Shown: piece after piece, positions 14,058-28,600 of the stretch | How positions within the stretch are numbered: position 1 is the first letter of the stretch | How the letters are laid out: the number at the start of each line of letters is the position of its first letter | NCBI RefSeq assembly: GCF_001186125.1 | Contig: NW_014040199.1 | Coordinates: 1 to 46,050, forward strand | Direction of reading: 5' to 3' | Length of the DNA stretch: 46,050 bases | From: Sphaeroforma arctica JP610 | Lineage: Eukaryota | Program-made: the position numbers and the translations under genes | Notes under the pieces: generated by a model | What the model saw: the letters and a program-made list of their open reading frames with translations, nothing else | Told to the model about the DNA's origin: nothing | The model's database searches: none

Positions 14058-17000
14058 GTTTCATAAATTGTGTGAGGAAGGTTATGCATAGAAGAGCTTG
14101 GTAGACGCCGTAGACATGTTATGATCGCAGTTTACACGCTTCGGGTCCTGATGGCTATCGCGGATAGATACTGATTAAATTTCACGTCGTGTATCGCTTT
14201 TACAGAGTATGTCAGATGTCAGATAAATAAGCATGTGATTTTGTCAGCTTCGGCGTGCTGATGCCCGAGAGCGTATTGCATTCATCTAATGAGAATTGCC
14301 TCGCACTTTGCTAATTACAGTGGTCAGGGTGACGAGATCGACATTCAGGAAAAAGCGGTGAGAGAGAGAGATAGAATCTGGCCTCATCTTTATTCTTTTA
14401 ATTTCACAGAGCTGGTACAATTGGTATGTAGCAACCTTCTTTCTAGTATAAAAGTTGGATGATAACATTAATATACTGATGTAATTGTATGACATACACA
14501 CTCCGCACATTCTTACAATTCATATCGTGCTATTAACTCTAGGTGAAGCACGCGACGTGAAGCAGAATATTAGCAATAGTAAAGCTTTCATGACCAGACC
14601 CTTGATTCTCCTTGACCATGAGTGTGTCGGACAATCATGCTCGCCATGATGTAGCAATTTTATATGGGGCTCCCTTAAGGTGCATTCTTGTGTTTTTAAA
14701 GATACGATTTACACTACAGTGCCCTAATTTGTTTGTACATCCTATGCTGTTTTAGATAGCTGAGGGCGAGTCATTAAATATTGCGGATGTGTCCAAGGAT
14801 CTCAACGGTTTCATACACAGTGCGAAGGCACATAGTTCAGCTACATATGAGAATGAAACGCAGCAAACACTACAGCAATTGACAGAATCACAGGATATGA
14901 AGAAGACCACAGAAATGGTCCATACCGCATACAATGAATGTACGCGTCAGCTCCGACCTCGGGAACTGAGATGGATGGTATCTAAATTATATCTGTAAAT
15001 GTGTCTCCATGCCGTGTATTTGCTGTTGGATATTCTTTTCACATGCGCATTTCAACAACCATTTTCCTTCAAAAAGAGAAGGTTATGATAGATCTGCACC
15101 TGTAGTAGGAGAATCCTGCTCACAAGACTGACCTATTCGCAAGATACGCAAAGCTGTATGTTCCGTAGGGTAACAGAGTAAGTGTGTTTATCATCGGAGT
15201 ATATTATACTATCCTATTTATGGTAAGTCAGAATCCCGCTTATCACAATAATTTGAAGAATTAATAATCTTACGGGCATACATGCCTGCATATGTGTCCA
15301 TAGAGCACTTTGAACGTTGGACAGGCTAGTTCAAGGCCCGCCGCCTCTTTAGCATGCACTAGTGCTCCGTGTGTGTAATACTATTTATGAAATCAACGAT
15401 AGGTGTGGATGCAGAAGCGCCTTGCTGATGCTCTTGGAGCCGATAAAAAATGTCGATGGTGGCTCACACATGGAAGTGCGATCACGGCTCTCCGCAAGCG
15501 CACCGTACCCTGGGAGCACGATGTCGACATTGCTATTATAAAGGATGATGAGCGAAGGTTGGTTGAATATAAGTGCGAGTTGCATGTTTACAATCACATG
15601 CTCCTTAGTAGCCGTGCTTATCCTCAAGCTCACCTTTTTCAGAAGAATACGGCTATACTTTCCGATATTAATGTCGAAGTTCAGAATTCTGTCTTTGGCG
15701 ACACCTGAGTGTTTTGGAACAGTTGTGAGAGCTCATTCCGTTTCGGGTTCTTGACGGCAGTATTCAATTTAGAAATGATGATTGTAAATTGGTACCATTG
15801 AACCTGCCACAATGATCTTGTTACATCACATTAACAGGTGTGGGCGACTGCTCGTGGAAAGCGGTGATTTCAGCATACTCGATAAGCTGTATAATAGCAA
15901 GTATGTACAGGTCATGACTTGATAGTAAGAACAGCCTTCGATGGATTCGAAACTACAGTCCAAAACATACACTACAATATTGCACAGATGTGAAGCGGCA
16001 CATACACATACTCTTTTCTGCCAGTACAGTTCATTGACATCGAATCTGGTTGCTAATATAATTTCTCAAATATTTTTGTATTGCAAACGGGCACTATCAC
16101 AGAGGACAACCACAAGAGAAGGAGCTCAAGAAAGGGTGGTTTGTACGCTATCGATTAAATCCATTTGTGAATGGACGTGTGGTATACGACGTCCATGCAG
16201 ACATCCACATTTTTACAATCAATACTGTTAAAAAGCATGGGCGAAAAGATGCCTACATACAACAAAAATGTACCAAGAGGTATGTGCATCTGATCGCTCG
16301 GTCACAAAATCATTCACAAATCTCATTGGCCTCATCAAAAGCGAGCGGCCCTTTTAATATGCCGCGGCATATTGCGATGTAACTTTCTGATGTCAAATGA
16401 TGGTCTTTGGGTTTCTCATCCAAGCTACCAGACCTACTTTATCGAAATTTTTAATAGTCATACGCGAGGGTGCAAACTTAGTATATACCACATGGCAACA
16501 GACGTTCTCACATTTATCTATTTATTACTGCCTCGATGAAGAAATTTCAGCTGTGTACTTTCGTGTCTGGTTTACATATTACCATTCTCAAAACTGACAC
16601 CTTATAAGCCCCTTATTTCCAGATTTTACAAAACGAAGCGGGAATGTGCGCATCGTCATGATTACAGCACTGTATTCCCACTCAAGAAGTATACGCTACG
16701 AGCGGGATTTGAGGTGAGTAGATTTCGATGGCGCATTTGATGATGGCTGTTCTAAAGTGCCAAACGAAATTTTTGAAATTGGACACACGTTCTAACGAAA
16801 TTTAAAGGATGAATGTATTGGTCATCGTCGAGCAAGATGGGATGTACATTAAAGGTGCTTGCAAATACTAAAACAATATCTCAGAGCCCTTCATATGATG
16901 CACATGGTTTAATTTGTAAATATGCGCTGATCATTCATCTCTGACACGTTCCCTTCAGCCATCGTGAGCAACAAGTGTTTCTGATAGCTCGATTTTAATT

Positions 17001-17547
17001 GCCCCACCCACCATGCTTTAGGTGAATGGACCGGCGGACGTTAAGAAATATACCGATACCATGTACCCAATATCTCTGCTGCATGGCGATCTGAACAATA
17101 CCGACGGCCAGGAAACATTCACAGATGAACCAATTGAAAAGAACTATGTGACTCAGGGACGGGTATGTTTTGTGAGGAGTGTTCTCGGCGCTAAGAATCT
17201 CGTTTTACAGTGATTACATCAGCATAGGCACGGAACAGCCCTTATGATTCCATGGATCCTGCGTTCAAACTACTTGAAACCCCTACTATATTGAAATTAA
17301 CCATATCAACACATGATCGCCACAACCTATAGTGGTAATATACTGTATTTTTTGTCTCGCGCGCCTCAAAAATATAATATCACGACATATCGTTTTATTT
17401 ACGACCCTTCGTTTTCATGTATTCTTATTAATGTGTGCTTACACATTCCAGGCTGGAGTAGCGTGTATAAAGTATGCGCATGCTGTTGGCTGGGTACAAG
17501 ACTATCTTCTAGATGGATTCTGGACATACATTAATCGACCACCCTAA
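12718..17547 (+). CDS. LicD/fukutin-family nucleotidyltransferase-fold protein, type II membrane topology
   Basis: N-terminal TM segment (LWRCLVCLGILFGFHWL). Exons 12718-12964, [stem exons ~13617-13710 and ~14543-14621 tentative], 14756-14977, 15403-15557, 15838-15900, 16103-16279, 16623-16713, 17022-17162, 17452-17547 (TAA). Motifs WWLTHGSAITALR...VPWEHDVDIAI (LicD WLxxG[ST]LLGAxR...PWDxDxDI), HADIHIF, VFPLK, GPADVKKY..MY. Confidence 0.85.
13837..14053. repeat. (TA)n microsatellites flanking a short N gap
   Basis: Long TA runs on both sides of Ns at 13933-13952. Confidence 0.95.
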
Positions 17548-18431
17548 AACACAGAAGATACACATAACGACAATAATTTGTCACAAAGGAGTATAAAAAA
17601 ATATCTTTGCGGATTGTGAGGAATTCAAAAACGACCTTATCCCCTCAGAGAATCATGTTGATTGCAGACGATGTAATCACAATTTAAACATAATCAAATA
17701 TCGCAAACTTAATGGATTAAAATGAATTTGAAAACCAGCAACTATGACGGCTAAAATTTCCAGGGTGCTGACATGTAACAGTATCACATATACTAAATAA
17801 GACATGCAAAGGCGAGAGCGACACCGCTTGATGCCACACACAGTTCTACCCAGGTATTCAAATACTTGTCCGATGATTTGTATTCGTTCCTTATTCGAAG
17901 CAGGTCAACTACCATAGCTGCCACACGTCCAATCCACAGTATATATAATTCATATTGCAAGCACATGAATACGAATCACCGGGCAAGTATTTGAATTATC
18001 AGCGAGTCATGAATTTTGGGGGGAAAATACAACACCACAGCCGGCATGGGTAATGCGTTGGTGAAGCAACAGCATGGCACAACTTGTGTAGCTGTGCTGA
18101 AAGTAGTTGGAAACGCGAAAGCGTTTATTAGGTATTTTCGTTGCAACCATTCTCTGCTTATTTACGTATTAGCCAATATCATCCGTCCACGATCGTGGCC
18201 GCTACCTGCAAATCATAGTGATGCACACATAAGTAAATTGATCTCAAATCAAAGAGGTCATCCTTTCACGGTATACTAGATGACCGAACAAACATTCGTA
18301 TTTATGAACAACTTGAGCAGAAAATAGGGTGTTATGGCTGGAAGTGTCTACAAGAGACCTTTCCATCCGTCCCATTTTTGTCCGCGACGCCATTCCTTCC
18401 CTATTTTTAGTACGAAACAGACGAACCGTGC

Positions 18432-21400
18432 TCAACACACCTGACGATTCATGGGCACCGGGTTCAAGCAGCGTCTTTCTGCACTCACTAATATTTCTGA
18501 GTACATATGTTCAGCCATGCTGCAAAATAAGTGAGCGTTCAATGAAGGGAATTTTAGCATTAATACGTACAGGGATTGACTCGTATTGATTTTGATAGTC
18601 TGTCAGGATGCATGGACGATGCTATCGAAAAGCACTATAATATTCTTTGAGAATTACGAGTACGCAGTTCGAGCTACGCAACATAATCCAAAAACAAGCA
18701 GCTGCCATGACTTACTCGTCATCGATGTAGGACCGCCACAGATTGCCTTTCAGATACAATAAGTCTACTTCGAGTTGATTATACCCAAACTGTCCGAATG
18801 TCTGCACTCGTACGCCCTCCTGGAAAGCCTACATCACAGGAAACAATGGCAATAAAGTTGAGTACTTGGGTATTGTGCACAGTTTGCTGTGTATGGCTAT
18901 GTAGTTACAAAACGCACAAGTCATTTCTGGATTCTCTCAGACTCGCTGAGTCTGTGTCGACCCTGACACCGATTATGTCAACAACTAGTACCATCGTAAA
19001 GTCTAGTAAACCAGTATAACTAAATGATAGCAAACCTGTATTTCCAATGAACACCCGCTTACAATCAATCAAATTTGTTATACATTCATCAACGGTTTCT
19101 AGAAATGCTATAATGATACGAAGAAGACAGTACTATCATTTAGCGATTAAGAGTTTAGAAATAGTGGGATAAATACGAGTACTCGATGAGATATACCAGT
19201 TGCAACAACAACAAAAGTGATGCAAATTTTTAAATAAGATATCATCAAACATAAACAGAAAGCTGCAGAAAGCTCTTAATGATGACAATCATGCATGTCA
19301 TATTCCCGGTGCATCGACAAGTTAGACAATTCTACCAGCACAGGTACAATTTAGCAAAAACTTGTAGATCGTTTGGCTCCGTGTGATCGGGAGTAGAATA
19401 CGAGAGCCGACCAAAATAGTGTACCATCAAGAACTGCACCCAGAGGGCAGAAATATCGAGATCCCGGGCGATACAAAATAGCATATTACTGTGAAAACTC
19501 CAGCAATAACACTACTTAGAATAGTATAGCACGTTAGATACGTGTCGCTTTGTATATAAACGCATGCTGAACAATATGAAGAGAGACCTTGAACAGCATT
19601 CTCCCTTGTGGCGTGTCCAAATACATAAACAGTCACGTGTCTCGACATTACAACTTGCCATACGCTCACCTTTAGCACAATCTTCAATATCCCTGTCATG
19701 ATGGACGGTGTAGAAAAATCAACCTCCCCAAAGATCACAATGCGTTCAGCAAACAATCTGATACGAGCATAGATATTTTGCGTGTGAGATTGGGTTAGTC
19801 GTGAGTCTCGAAGCCAAAGCCAGTGGAGGGGATCTTAACAGAAAAATCGGATCGCTTCAAAAGTATATTAAAATCAGCCTAGAACACAGTAGACACTGAT
19901 TTTCTGTAAGGCGATAAAGGAAGGGAAAAAAAAGTACTAATTTGATCGCACAGTAAGATGCCTAATTGACAATTATTCATCGTCAGACGAACATAACTTG
20001 TGGTGTCAACTTCTTCCATACGATAAGACAAAGACGTGTCCGGTATAGATATCGAATAGTGATATTATTGTGTAATTCTGCCCAATCGCATTCATCTGAA
20101 CTCAACCGACAGCCACACCTTATACCTTTGTATATTGGCCATCAAGTTGATATCGACACCTGCACCCAAGCGTCCTGATCGTTGGACACTTTGCCTTCGT
20201 GCCGCGACGTCTGTGAGAGTGCATGTCATACTCATTATTGTTCCGATGAAGAGGAATGAATATCGATCCAATCAGAAGCAGCAACTACCGATTTCCCAAT
20301 GACTCGACTTCAAGACATCATCAGATATGAACCTACGCAACTGAATCGATGAGAGAACTTCTGGAGTGCTCTAGCACAGATGAATTGAATAGTCCATGAT
20401 GATAATGATGCATCACATACCTTGTAGTCGCATATCCGTTTTCGCATCTTCTATCTCATACTCGTAGTAATGCGACACAATCAATTCCATTTCTGCAAAT
20501 TCGTCTACACAGCGTTTGATAGCAGCTCGCACCATTCGCGGTTCAGACCCCCTGAGCCTGCAGTAGAAAGACGTGCGTGTGGCAAGAGTTGCGATATGAA
20601 TGACATACATCAATTCGACTATATATCAACAATAGAAGTTCATCCATCACTATCTATACTATGATGCAAACAATACAGCAATATATCCCGATCCACAGAA
20701 TATGGCATAGCCTTCTAAATGAAATACATAACAACTTCTCGTCTGCTCTTCATAGGGAATAACAAATTAATTATAATCAAATGCACATTTGTAAATCACA
20801 TGTCCAACGTCTGATGGTGTCATTTATTTGTTTCGGAGACTCAATAATTGAACCACCCGTGCTCATATCTCGACACTTAATCGACAAACTGAGAACCATG
20901 TCACCGTGTACGCACAGTCATGTCGATGTCTTGCTACAAACGGTTTACAGTACTTCATACCCCTCTTTGAATATATTCTAGGTTTCGACACAAAATGACA
21001 TCGATAAGTCGTTCACATTGACTTATATAACTCGATACCCTGCGTCGTATATATGTATTGACCTAAAAGCTCCGTATATAGCCATATATACGAGGTACCA
21101 TCCTTATTACGACGGCGATTTGTCACGTTTCATATACTCACCAATCTCTCGTAGACACACTCTTGAGCACCATCTCGGATAGCACCACACCTTGAAGATG
21201 AACATGTCGCTTTAAAAGTGCCTGAAGCATAGTAAAAGTAACCACACAATCAGTACTGAGCCTTCATCAAGTGCAAACTATCGATGTTTGTGCGTATGTA
21301 ACCGGACTATCCACTCCAATAGTTTTGAAATTAGCGATACTGGAAATATGCATAAACATACTTTTATGTTAGATATCTGCAAATACGTTTATTCACATTG

Positions 21401-24400
21401 ATTCACTCGCAGGTACGATACCCCGTGAAACATACTTTCATGTTAGATATATGCAAATACGTTTATTCACATTAATTCACTCGCAGGTATGATACCCCGT
21501 GTGATAATTTAAAATATATGAATGTATATTCAACCGTATCTATACAAACACGTGCAAAGAGCGGTATTTATTTAACCACAAGATATTGCCATAGAAGAGG
21601 TCTGTACATACCACTGCTACATACGGATTTGAACGAATACGGACAATATGCACAGAGGTATATCGAAATGTATCAGTATATGCGTGACAACGTGCATCTC
21701 GCAAAACCGTTATTCCCAACAACAATCGAAATCTGTGCTTTTGCAATCAAGAATACTTATAAGAATTGATTTGGAGTAGATATGTATGATATGATACACA
21801 AACAGGTACTGCACGAGCATGTCAGAACAAAATCAATTTCGATTTGTACATATAAAATCATGTGCATGTATATTCATAGGTGCGAATATTCTGACGCACA
21901 CCGTCAGGGCTTCCTAAAATATTGTTAATTGGTTTTGGGATGGATGTACAAGTCCACATTCATGCCAGTTTTCGGTACATACCTCTGCTGCTGCATGCGC
22001 CCCCGCGACCAAAGCAGCGCACTCCTCTGTGTTTTCTTTGATCTGAGACATGAATAACGAGACCAAATGAAAACAGCATTCCATTATAGTTAATACATCA
22101 TTTGTTATCATTTTGGAAATTAATTGAAGGACCATCACTCATTTGCACATCAAAAGACGCGATACCTTCACACTGCCCATAGCCGCCAAGAAATCGGCTA
22201 TCATATTTTGAATGTGGGTTGTGGACATATTTTTACACAACTTAGACAGCATCAGTGCGGTTTCAGGTGATCTCGGTTCACTCTGCCACTGTGCTAAAAT
22301 TTCACTCTCGCCAAATAACGTTTCACAGGTAGGTACGTCGTCGATACCATCATCGACTTGCTCCATTTTGGAGGTTGCGGGTTGGGGTATAACCGTCTCG
22401 GGCAGTTCGGTTCCGCACAGTTTCTGTAGCATTTTATATCGAGACAAGATAGTAGCCCATGAAAATTTACAATAAATTTGCAATGTACAGAAGTGCTCCT
22501 TGTATACTTTTGAGCTCTCTTGCATATGGTTGATGTAGAGCATCTCATTAAACTCAGCATCCAGAGACTCCTTATCGTTGAGACCACTTGTTTGCACGGA
22601 ATGCACTCTTCCTTCAGCGGAAGTGCGCTTTTATATATTTTTTCCAGCGAATTGCAAGAAATCGTAAGAAGTCCCCTGCATATTTGACTACAGCTATTCC
22701 CCAAGTGTATAGCGCTCCATCACTGTAGTTCATAATTGATGATCGTAGACCTCCCCCTAAGTCTACGCACTGAGTTGATTGGGTATTTTAACGCTCTTTA
22801 ATGTGTAGTCTTGAAAAGTCAATTGGGGGTTTTAAGCTCTTTTGTGTGTAGCCTTGAAAACAATGTTCAGTGGGCTGTGTCAGAAGTTGTGTGCAACAGT
22901 AAATATATTCTGCAGTGAGTAAAACACTCTAAACTTTATCTTGCGATCACTACTTTATGAAACTTGAAAGTGATGTATGACTTTTCCTGAAGCTGTTCGC
23001 TCGAGACATACACGATAGAATCAAACTAAACAGGATGAAATAAGTTTTCAGTGATACAGCATTCAAACATTGACAAGGCAAACACGAACATCAGACGATC
23101 AAACAACACAAAATAACATACACACTTCCGCTTGATGTCTACTCGTACATATAAAAGCAGTGAATTCAGTCTGTAGCAGTGTGCGCTATAATACTGGCAG
23201 CTGCACATTGTTAATCGTAGGGGAGATATGTGCGGTCTCACGTGTATAGTCAAAGACTGCATATTAACGTACAACAGTGTGTATTCACATACCATAAAAT
23301 AGAGCGGTATGTGGTGTATCAAGGCCACTAGAACGCCGATGTATACGTACTTCTGAACGAAAGTGTTGCGCCACGATTTTCGAGAGCCAAGATTGACGGA
23401 GTCGCTAATGAAGGCCTGCAAGTGTGCGGAAGGACGCAAATCGATGATATTACAAGGGATGCTAATAATCACAACGTAATTGCAAGAAGTGCACACTAGA
23501 GCATTATTTAAGTCCAAGTGATGACGGTACCCTGATGCACAAATAATCTACAGCGTTTTAAAAATTGCATATTTGGCAATGCAATCCGCGAGCAAGTACG
23601 TTTGGTCATAGTAATAAGCCCCTTCGAAGTGGGTGAATGAGCAGTTAAGTGAGTGCACAACTACAATTAAGGATTGTTGCTAATTGAAGGCAGCTAAATT
23701 ACTTCCACATCCATCTAGTTGACCTACTCTCATCACTTCATAATATCCAGACCAGAAAGTAGTCCCGTTGATATATTGAAATAAAATAGTATATAAACCG
23801 AGTCAGGCTCTCAAAAAAATCATCTCAAGTCTTTTATCTACACGCTAAAAGTGTAATATTTCCCCAGCTATTCGTGGAACCCTAAATTTTAGAGTATGTA
23901 CCGTAATTTGTGCAAAAAATGAGGCTACGTACTGTCAATCTGTAATATCGCAGCGCAAAACATACGATCATTCCAGATAACCCATAACTATCAGAAGCTG
24001 GCTACGTATCACCTTTTCTCTCCTCGAAAGTTACCATACTAGTGTGATTCATGAGTATTCGCGCTCTTCTCGGAGTCGGGAGTTGCAGGTATATAAATAT
24101 GCAACAGTTATATCATTTTAACAATAACATATATATATATTGCTACAACAAGGAAACAAATACATACATATACGAAGGTATGGGCGGGTGTTCACATTCA
24201 CATATATATCAGGGCCGATTACCGGGTGCCACGCAGGTGGCATTGCGACGACGTATACTGACAAGAGTGAAAGAACTATATAACACCACAATCAGAACCA
24301 CCAGTATCGAACTGCACATCCTATATCTCGTATACATTAAGCGCGGTGCTTCTTCGTTCTTGCAACGACTCTATCATCACTACTCTATCATCTACAACTA

Positions 24401-25514
24401 GTAAACGATACCACACATGAGATAATAGCATAATCGGGGTTCGTAGTTGACATGCATGTTTTGCGTGCTGTAAATGATTGCAATACAACATATATCACAC
24501 ATACCGATGTTCTCTCGACCAGTCTCATCACACACTCCTTCAGTAACGTCGTGGTGGCATCTTGCATGACTTTCTTGATATCTGCGTCTCCTTGACCTAA
24601 CGCAAATGCTGCTCCATCCTCATCTTCGTCTTCCCCTGCCATGTGCTCTGACGACACGCGCTTGCTGAGCCGCATCAGGTGCTTGTCCAATGCTCGCATG
24701 AATTCAGACCTGAAGTTGTGCATACGGTTCTCGAGGACAATTCGAGTGTACTTCTCGGATATGCGATGCACACCCGCTTCCGGGTATATGGCATCCACCT
24801 CAGACGAGTGCACGTGCAAGCGATATACGCACACTACATACACTGCGTCGGTCATCTGAGTCTGTAAACAGTATCGCCACATGATCAGAAGAAAAAAAAT
24901 TGAATGTTGAAGGTATTCAACAATGACAATTTTAAAATATACGCAGTGATATAAAATTGCTCACAAGCTGCTTTTCACAAATTATAAAAACGACCCAAAC
25001 ATACGCGGAGCGAATAACGTATGTAACCAAAACGAGCGGATATACAAACAAATATAGTTGTAGGTTCGTGCACAAGAGACACGTGTTGAGTGTTCTACAA
25101 CTTCGTGTAAGTATCGCAGATCAATTTCATCTATATACACGAGTACATCGCGATCCTGTCGGTGTAATTCTGCATGATCCAAACAAAAAAGCCATGCTTG
25201 CTTTATGCGACCACCTCGTGTGGGATGACGATGGTATATACCAGTACGCAAACATGTATACGTATACCCACTTATAAGTAACATAATATGCCTTGTTTCA
25301 AGTGGAAAGCTACAGTATATGTAGATGTGTGAACAAATATGCGTTTAGTATATTGTAGATGGTTCAGGTTTATGCAAGGATAAATGCGAGTACGTACCCA
25401 CATAGTGTTCATACAAATTTCAATATCTAGGGCTACGTTACGCATGTTTAATGCGCATATAGGATACAATAATGCATAGACTATATATATATATAAGTAT
25501 TCACAGGAAAGAAC

Positions 25515-25589
<75 letters not shown>

Positions 25590-25616
25590 GGCACACACAC
25601 ACACATATATATATAG

Positions 25617-25647
<31 letters not shown>

Positions 25648-28600
25648 ATATGAGAGTATGCCTACTCGAAACTAGCTCAAAGTATCGAATATTTAGTTGT
25701 TTGCGTAAAAGCGAAAACGAGCGTGAATATAAACCAATATATGTGCATATTTTTAGATAGAAATTGCATATATTTCCACATTTTGATGCTTCTATTCTAT
25801 GAATACATGTGAAGATATACTAATTCAGTATGCGTATATATTGACGTTAATTTGCAAACAGGTAGTTTTACTACTAAAAATAATATCTGATAACGCAATT
25901 CTACAGTTTACCTACCTCACTCGTCAACATTCTGCGGACCAGTTCCATGTAGGTTGACATGTGCTTCTGTACCCCATTGAATAGTTTAAGTCGCAGATCT
26001 TTCTGAGAAACAACATTCGCCACTTCACCATCGGCTGTTAGTGTCGTCACAGCGCCTACAGAACTCTGCCGTTCCATATTTGTAGATTTTGCATTGCCAC
26101 TATATATATTCGTGTCGACTGGTCTGAGAAATATTTTGACGTATTCTGCAATGATGAAGTGCAAAGGTGGTATATAATGGTTCCAAAATCAGTCGTGTGT
26201 TGGTCGATTTCATCCGTTTCTGGATTTTGTATTCGATCAGATCCACTGTGGCACACGCAGAGAAAAATTCCTGAAATACGAGGTAGTAAATTACATTCGT
26301 ACATGATCCTGAATATTAATACATGTATATTATCTATTTAAGTAGATGGGATTTTGCGAAAGTTACAAGCAAAACCCGAGCCGCCTGACAAGAGTCTACA
26401 AAATAGTTTCTTAACATACCTCGAATAAATTCCTTAACAGCGTGCAGGTAGCGAGTGTTGCAGAAATCGAGGAACTCTTCCGGCTTCTGTACAACACAGA
26501 AGTTTCACGATTGATCATGAGAATAACACTGAATACTTTCCTTCAACATGCATGAAGCTAAGATTGATTTAAAACGCTGTACATGAGAAGGATAAAGCTC
26601 ATGGGATGTCGTCTCCAGATTAGAGAAGCAAACGTGTGTCATTTTCTTAGGGAACAAGAATTTCGAACCGAATGACGATACAATGAAGATCAATGCATGA
26701 ATTGGAATATTCAAAGTTCCGTGTGACGTACCGCTGCGTCTTCTGAACTTAGGTTCTCCAGCTTAGTCTCCATAGTCTTCACATAGACTGCTAACCATTC
26801 ATCGGTACGCTTTAGGAAACTGAAAACGATGTACGCGGTTAATTAGTTGTTACATTTTATACAATGTTTGCATATTAAAAATTTGCATATATTGCGTTCG
26901 AAACCAGAACTGACAGGTATGTTAGTCAACGAAGCACAGATACTAGATAGAACGAGTGTACTAGATATCTCATATACTCTGATCATTGGATAGCAAACAA
27001 TATTCCCTTAGTCAGTTTGATGACTAAGTGCTCTTCAAAATAATCTTGAACATCGCACCAATATGCATTCGAGAGTGGAAATTTCAGAAGCTGTATTTAT
27101 ATTTATATACAGATGAGCCGGAAAGCGCATAAATACTAATGCCGGTGTGCAATTACAAACCTGTGTACGTATGTGACAAAGTGGCCGATGAGGAAGTGCA
27201 AAACTATGAAAAGTATTCGTGAAGTATAAAACGTGAATTGAGTTGTGCGATACGCTTATCTGTCGTTTTCTTAGTCAAGTTCCCTAAATAATACATGGTG
27301 TCCGACTGGATGTAGCCCTGTGTGCGGTGTGAAGTGCAGAGTGTATACGCCTGTCATAGTAAGTTGTGACACTACAACGTATATTAGCCAAAAAGCACTC
27401 AGAGATTTTGTTCGGATGTGATCAAAAGTAGACAGATCTGAGCTCTCAATCCACGATTCAATTACAAAGTTATGTAGTTATATCACACAAGTGTCATCCA
27501 AATATCGATATCAAAATATATAACATTTTCAATAATCGTTGCTTCACTCTAGCCAGGTGCGTGTTAGTTTTAACATAGCGAAATCTCTTCATTGTGGCAA
27601 AATATGCGGAACTTGATGAATTTGCCGAACCTTGTTGAGAGCTCATCAATTGTTCCTTCTTCTAGCACGACCAGCAGCTCGAAAGATTCTGACAGCTCAG
27701 CATATGATATTAACTGTAATTAACAGCCAGAAAAAGTACAATGCATTGAGTATGATGTTACAATAGTGAGTGAAGACAATTATAACGAAACAAGCAGAGC
27801 TAGGATAGTACCTGTGTACACAAGTAGCTCTAGTCTTGGGGCAATTAGCAACGGTATTGAGAGGGATGACATTTATAGCCCGATGTGGAACTCAAGTGAT
27901 ATTAACTACACTCATATTCGCACAATCCGCTCGTAAATTGTACACAGAACCATCATACTCTTTGCAATCGGAAACTGTCCGCTCAGGTGTGCATAAGTCA
28001 AACATTTATACATCATGTAAGTATGTAGGTGTGTTGGTGTTCGAAAAGATCAATGACTGTACATATGCCAATAACGAACACAGTGTAGCATTTCGACAAT
28101 TTTTGCATGAATAAATCAAGCTATGTTGCCTTTGACTTCATCAACGCAACAGCAAGCTGAAATAGTGCATGGCATCATAGAGTTAAGAAGGTAGAGTTGA
28201 CCTTTTGTATAGCAGGAGAAGTGGTCACAGTAGGCACTATTCGATTAAGCAACAATGGCGGTACAGCATACTGATGATTTTATACCAATCTTGAAATGAT
28301 TATATTGTATTCCTGCGCAATACAATCAAAATCGAACACAGGCGCACAGTACTGAACTCCAAGCACATACAAACTATACTACGGATTTGTAACGGTAATA
28401 TTCGTTGAATATTAAAGTTCTCACATACCGTAGGGTCCAAAAGCCGCTCTTGTAATAGCGCTATTAAATTTGTAATAGATAGGTTGCACTCCGACCGGAT
28501 ACCCTGGAATGAGGGCAAGTGTTCGTAGCGGCCCAGGATGGCATGAGATTTGGAATAGTACCTGCATGTATTGCGTGGACAAAAGTGAAAGGTTCAGTAT

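Noticed and set aside
15109..15155. Possible extra LicD exon (ENPAHKTDLF...)
   Set aside because: 14977 splices in phase directly to 15403; including this block would break the phase.
23026..25604. Several 100-160 aa ORFs within VPS51 as nested genes
   Set aside because: They have intron-like or microsatellite-derived composition; 24388-24882 is better explained as containing a VPS51 exon.
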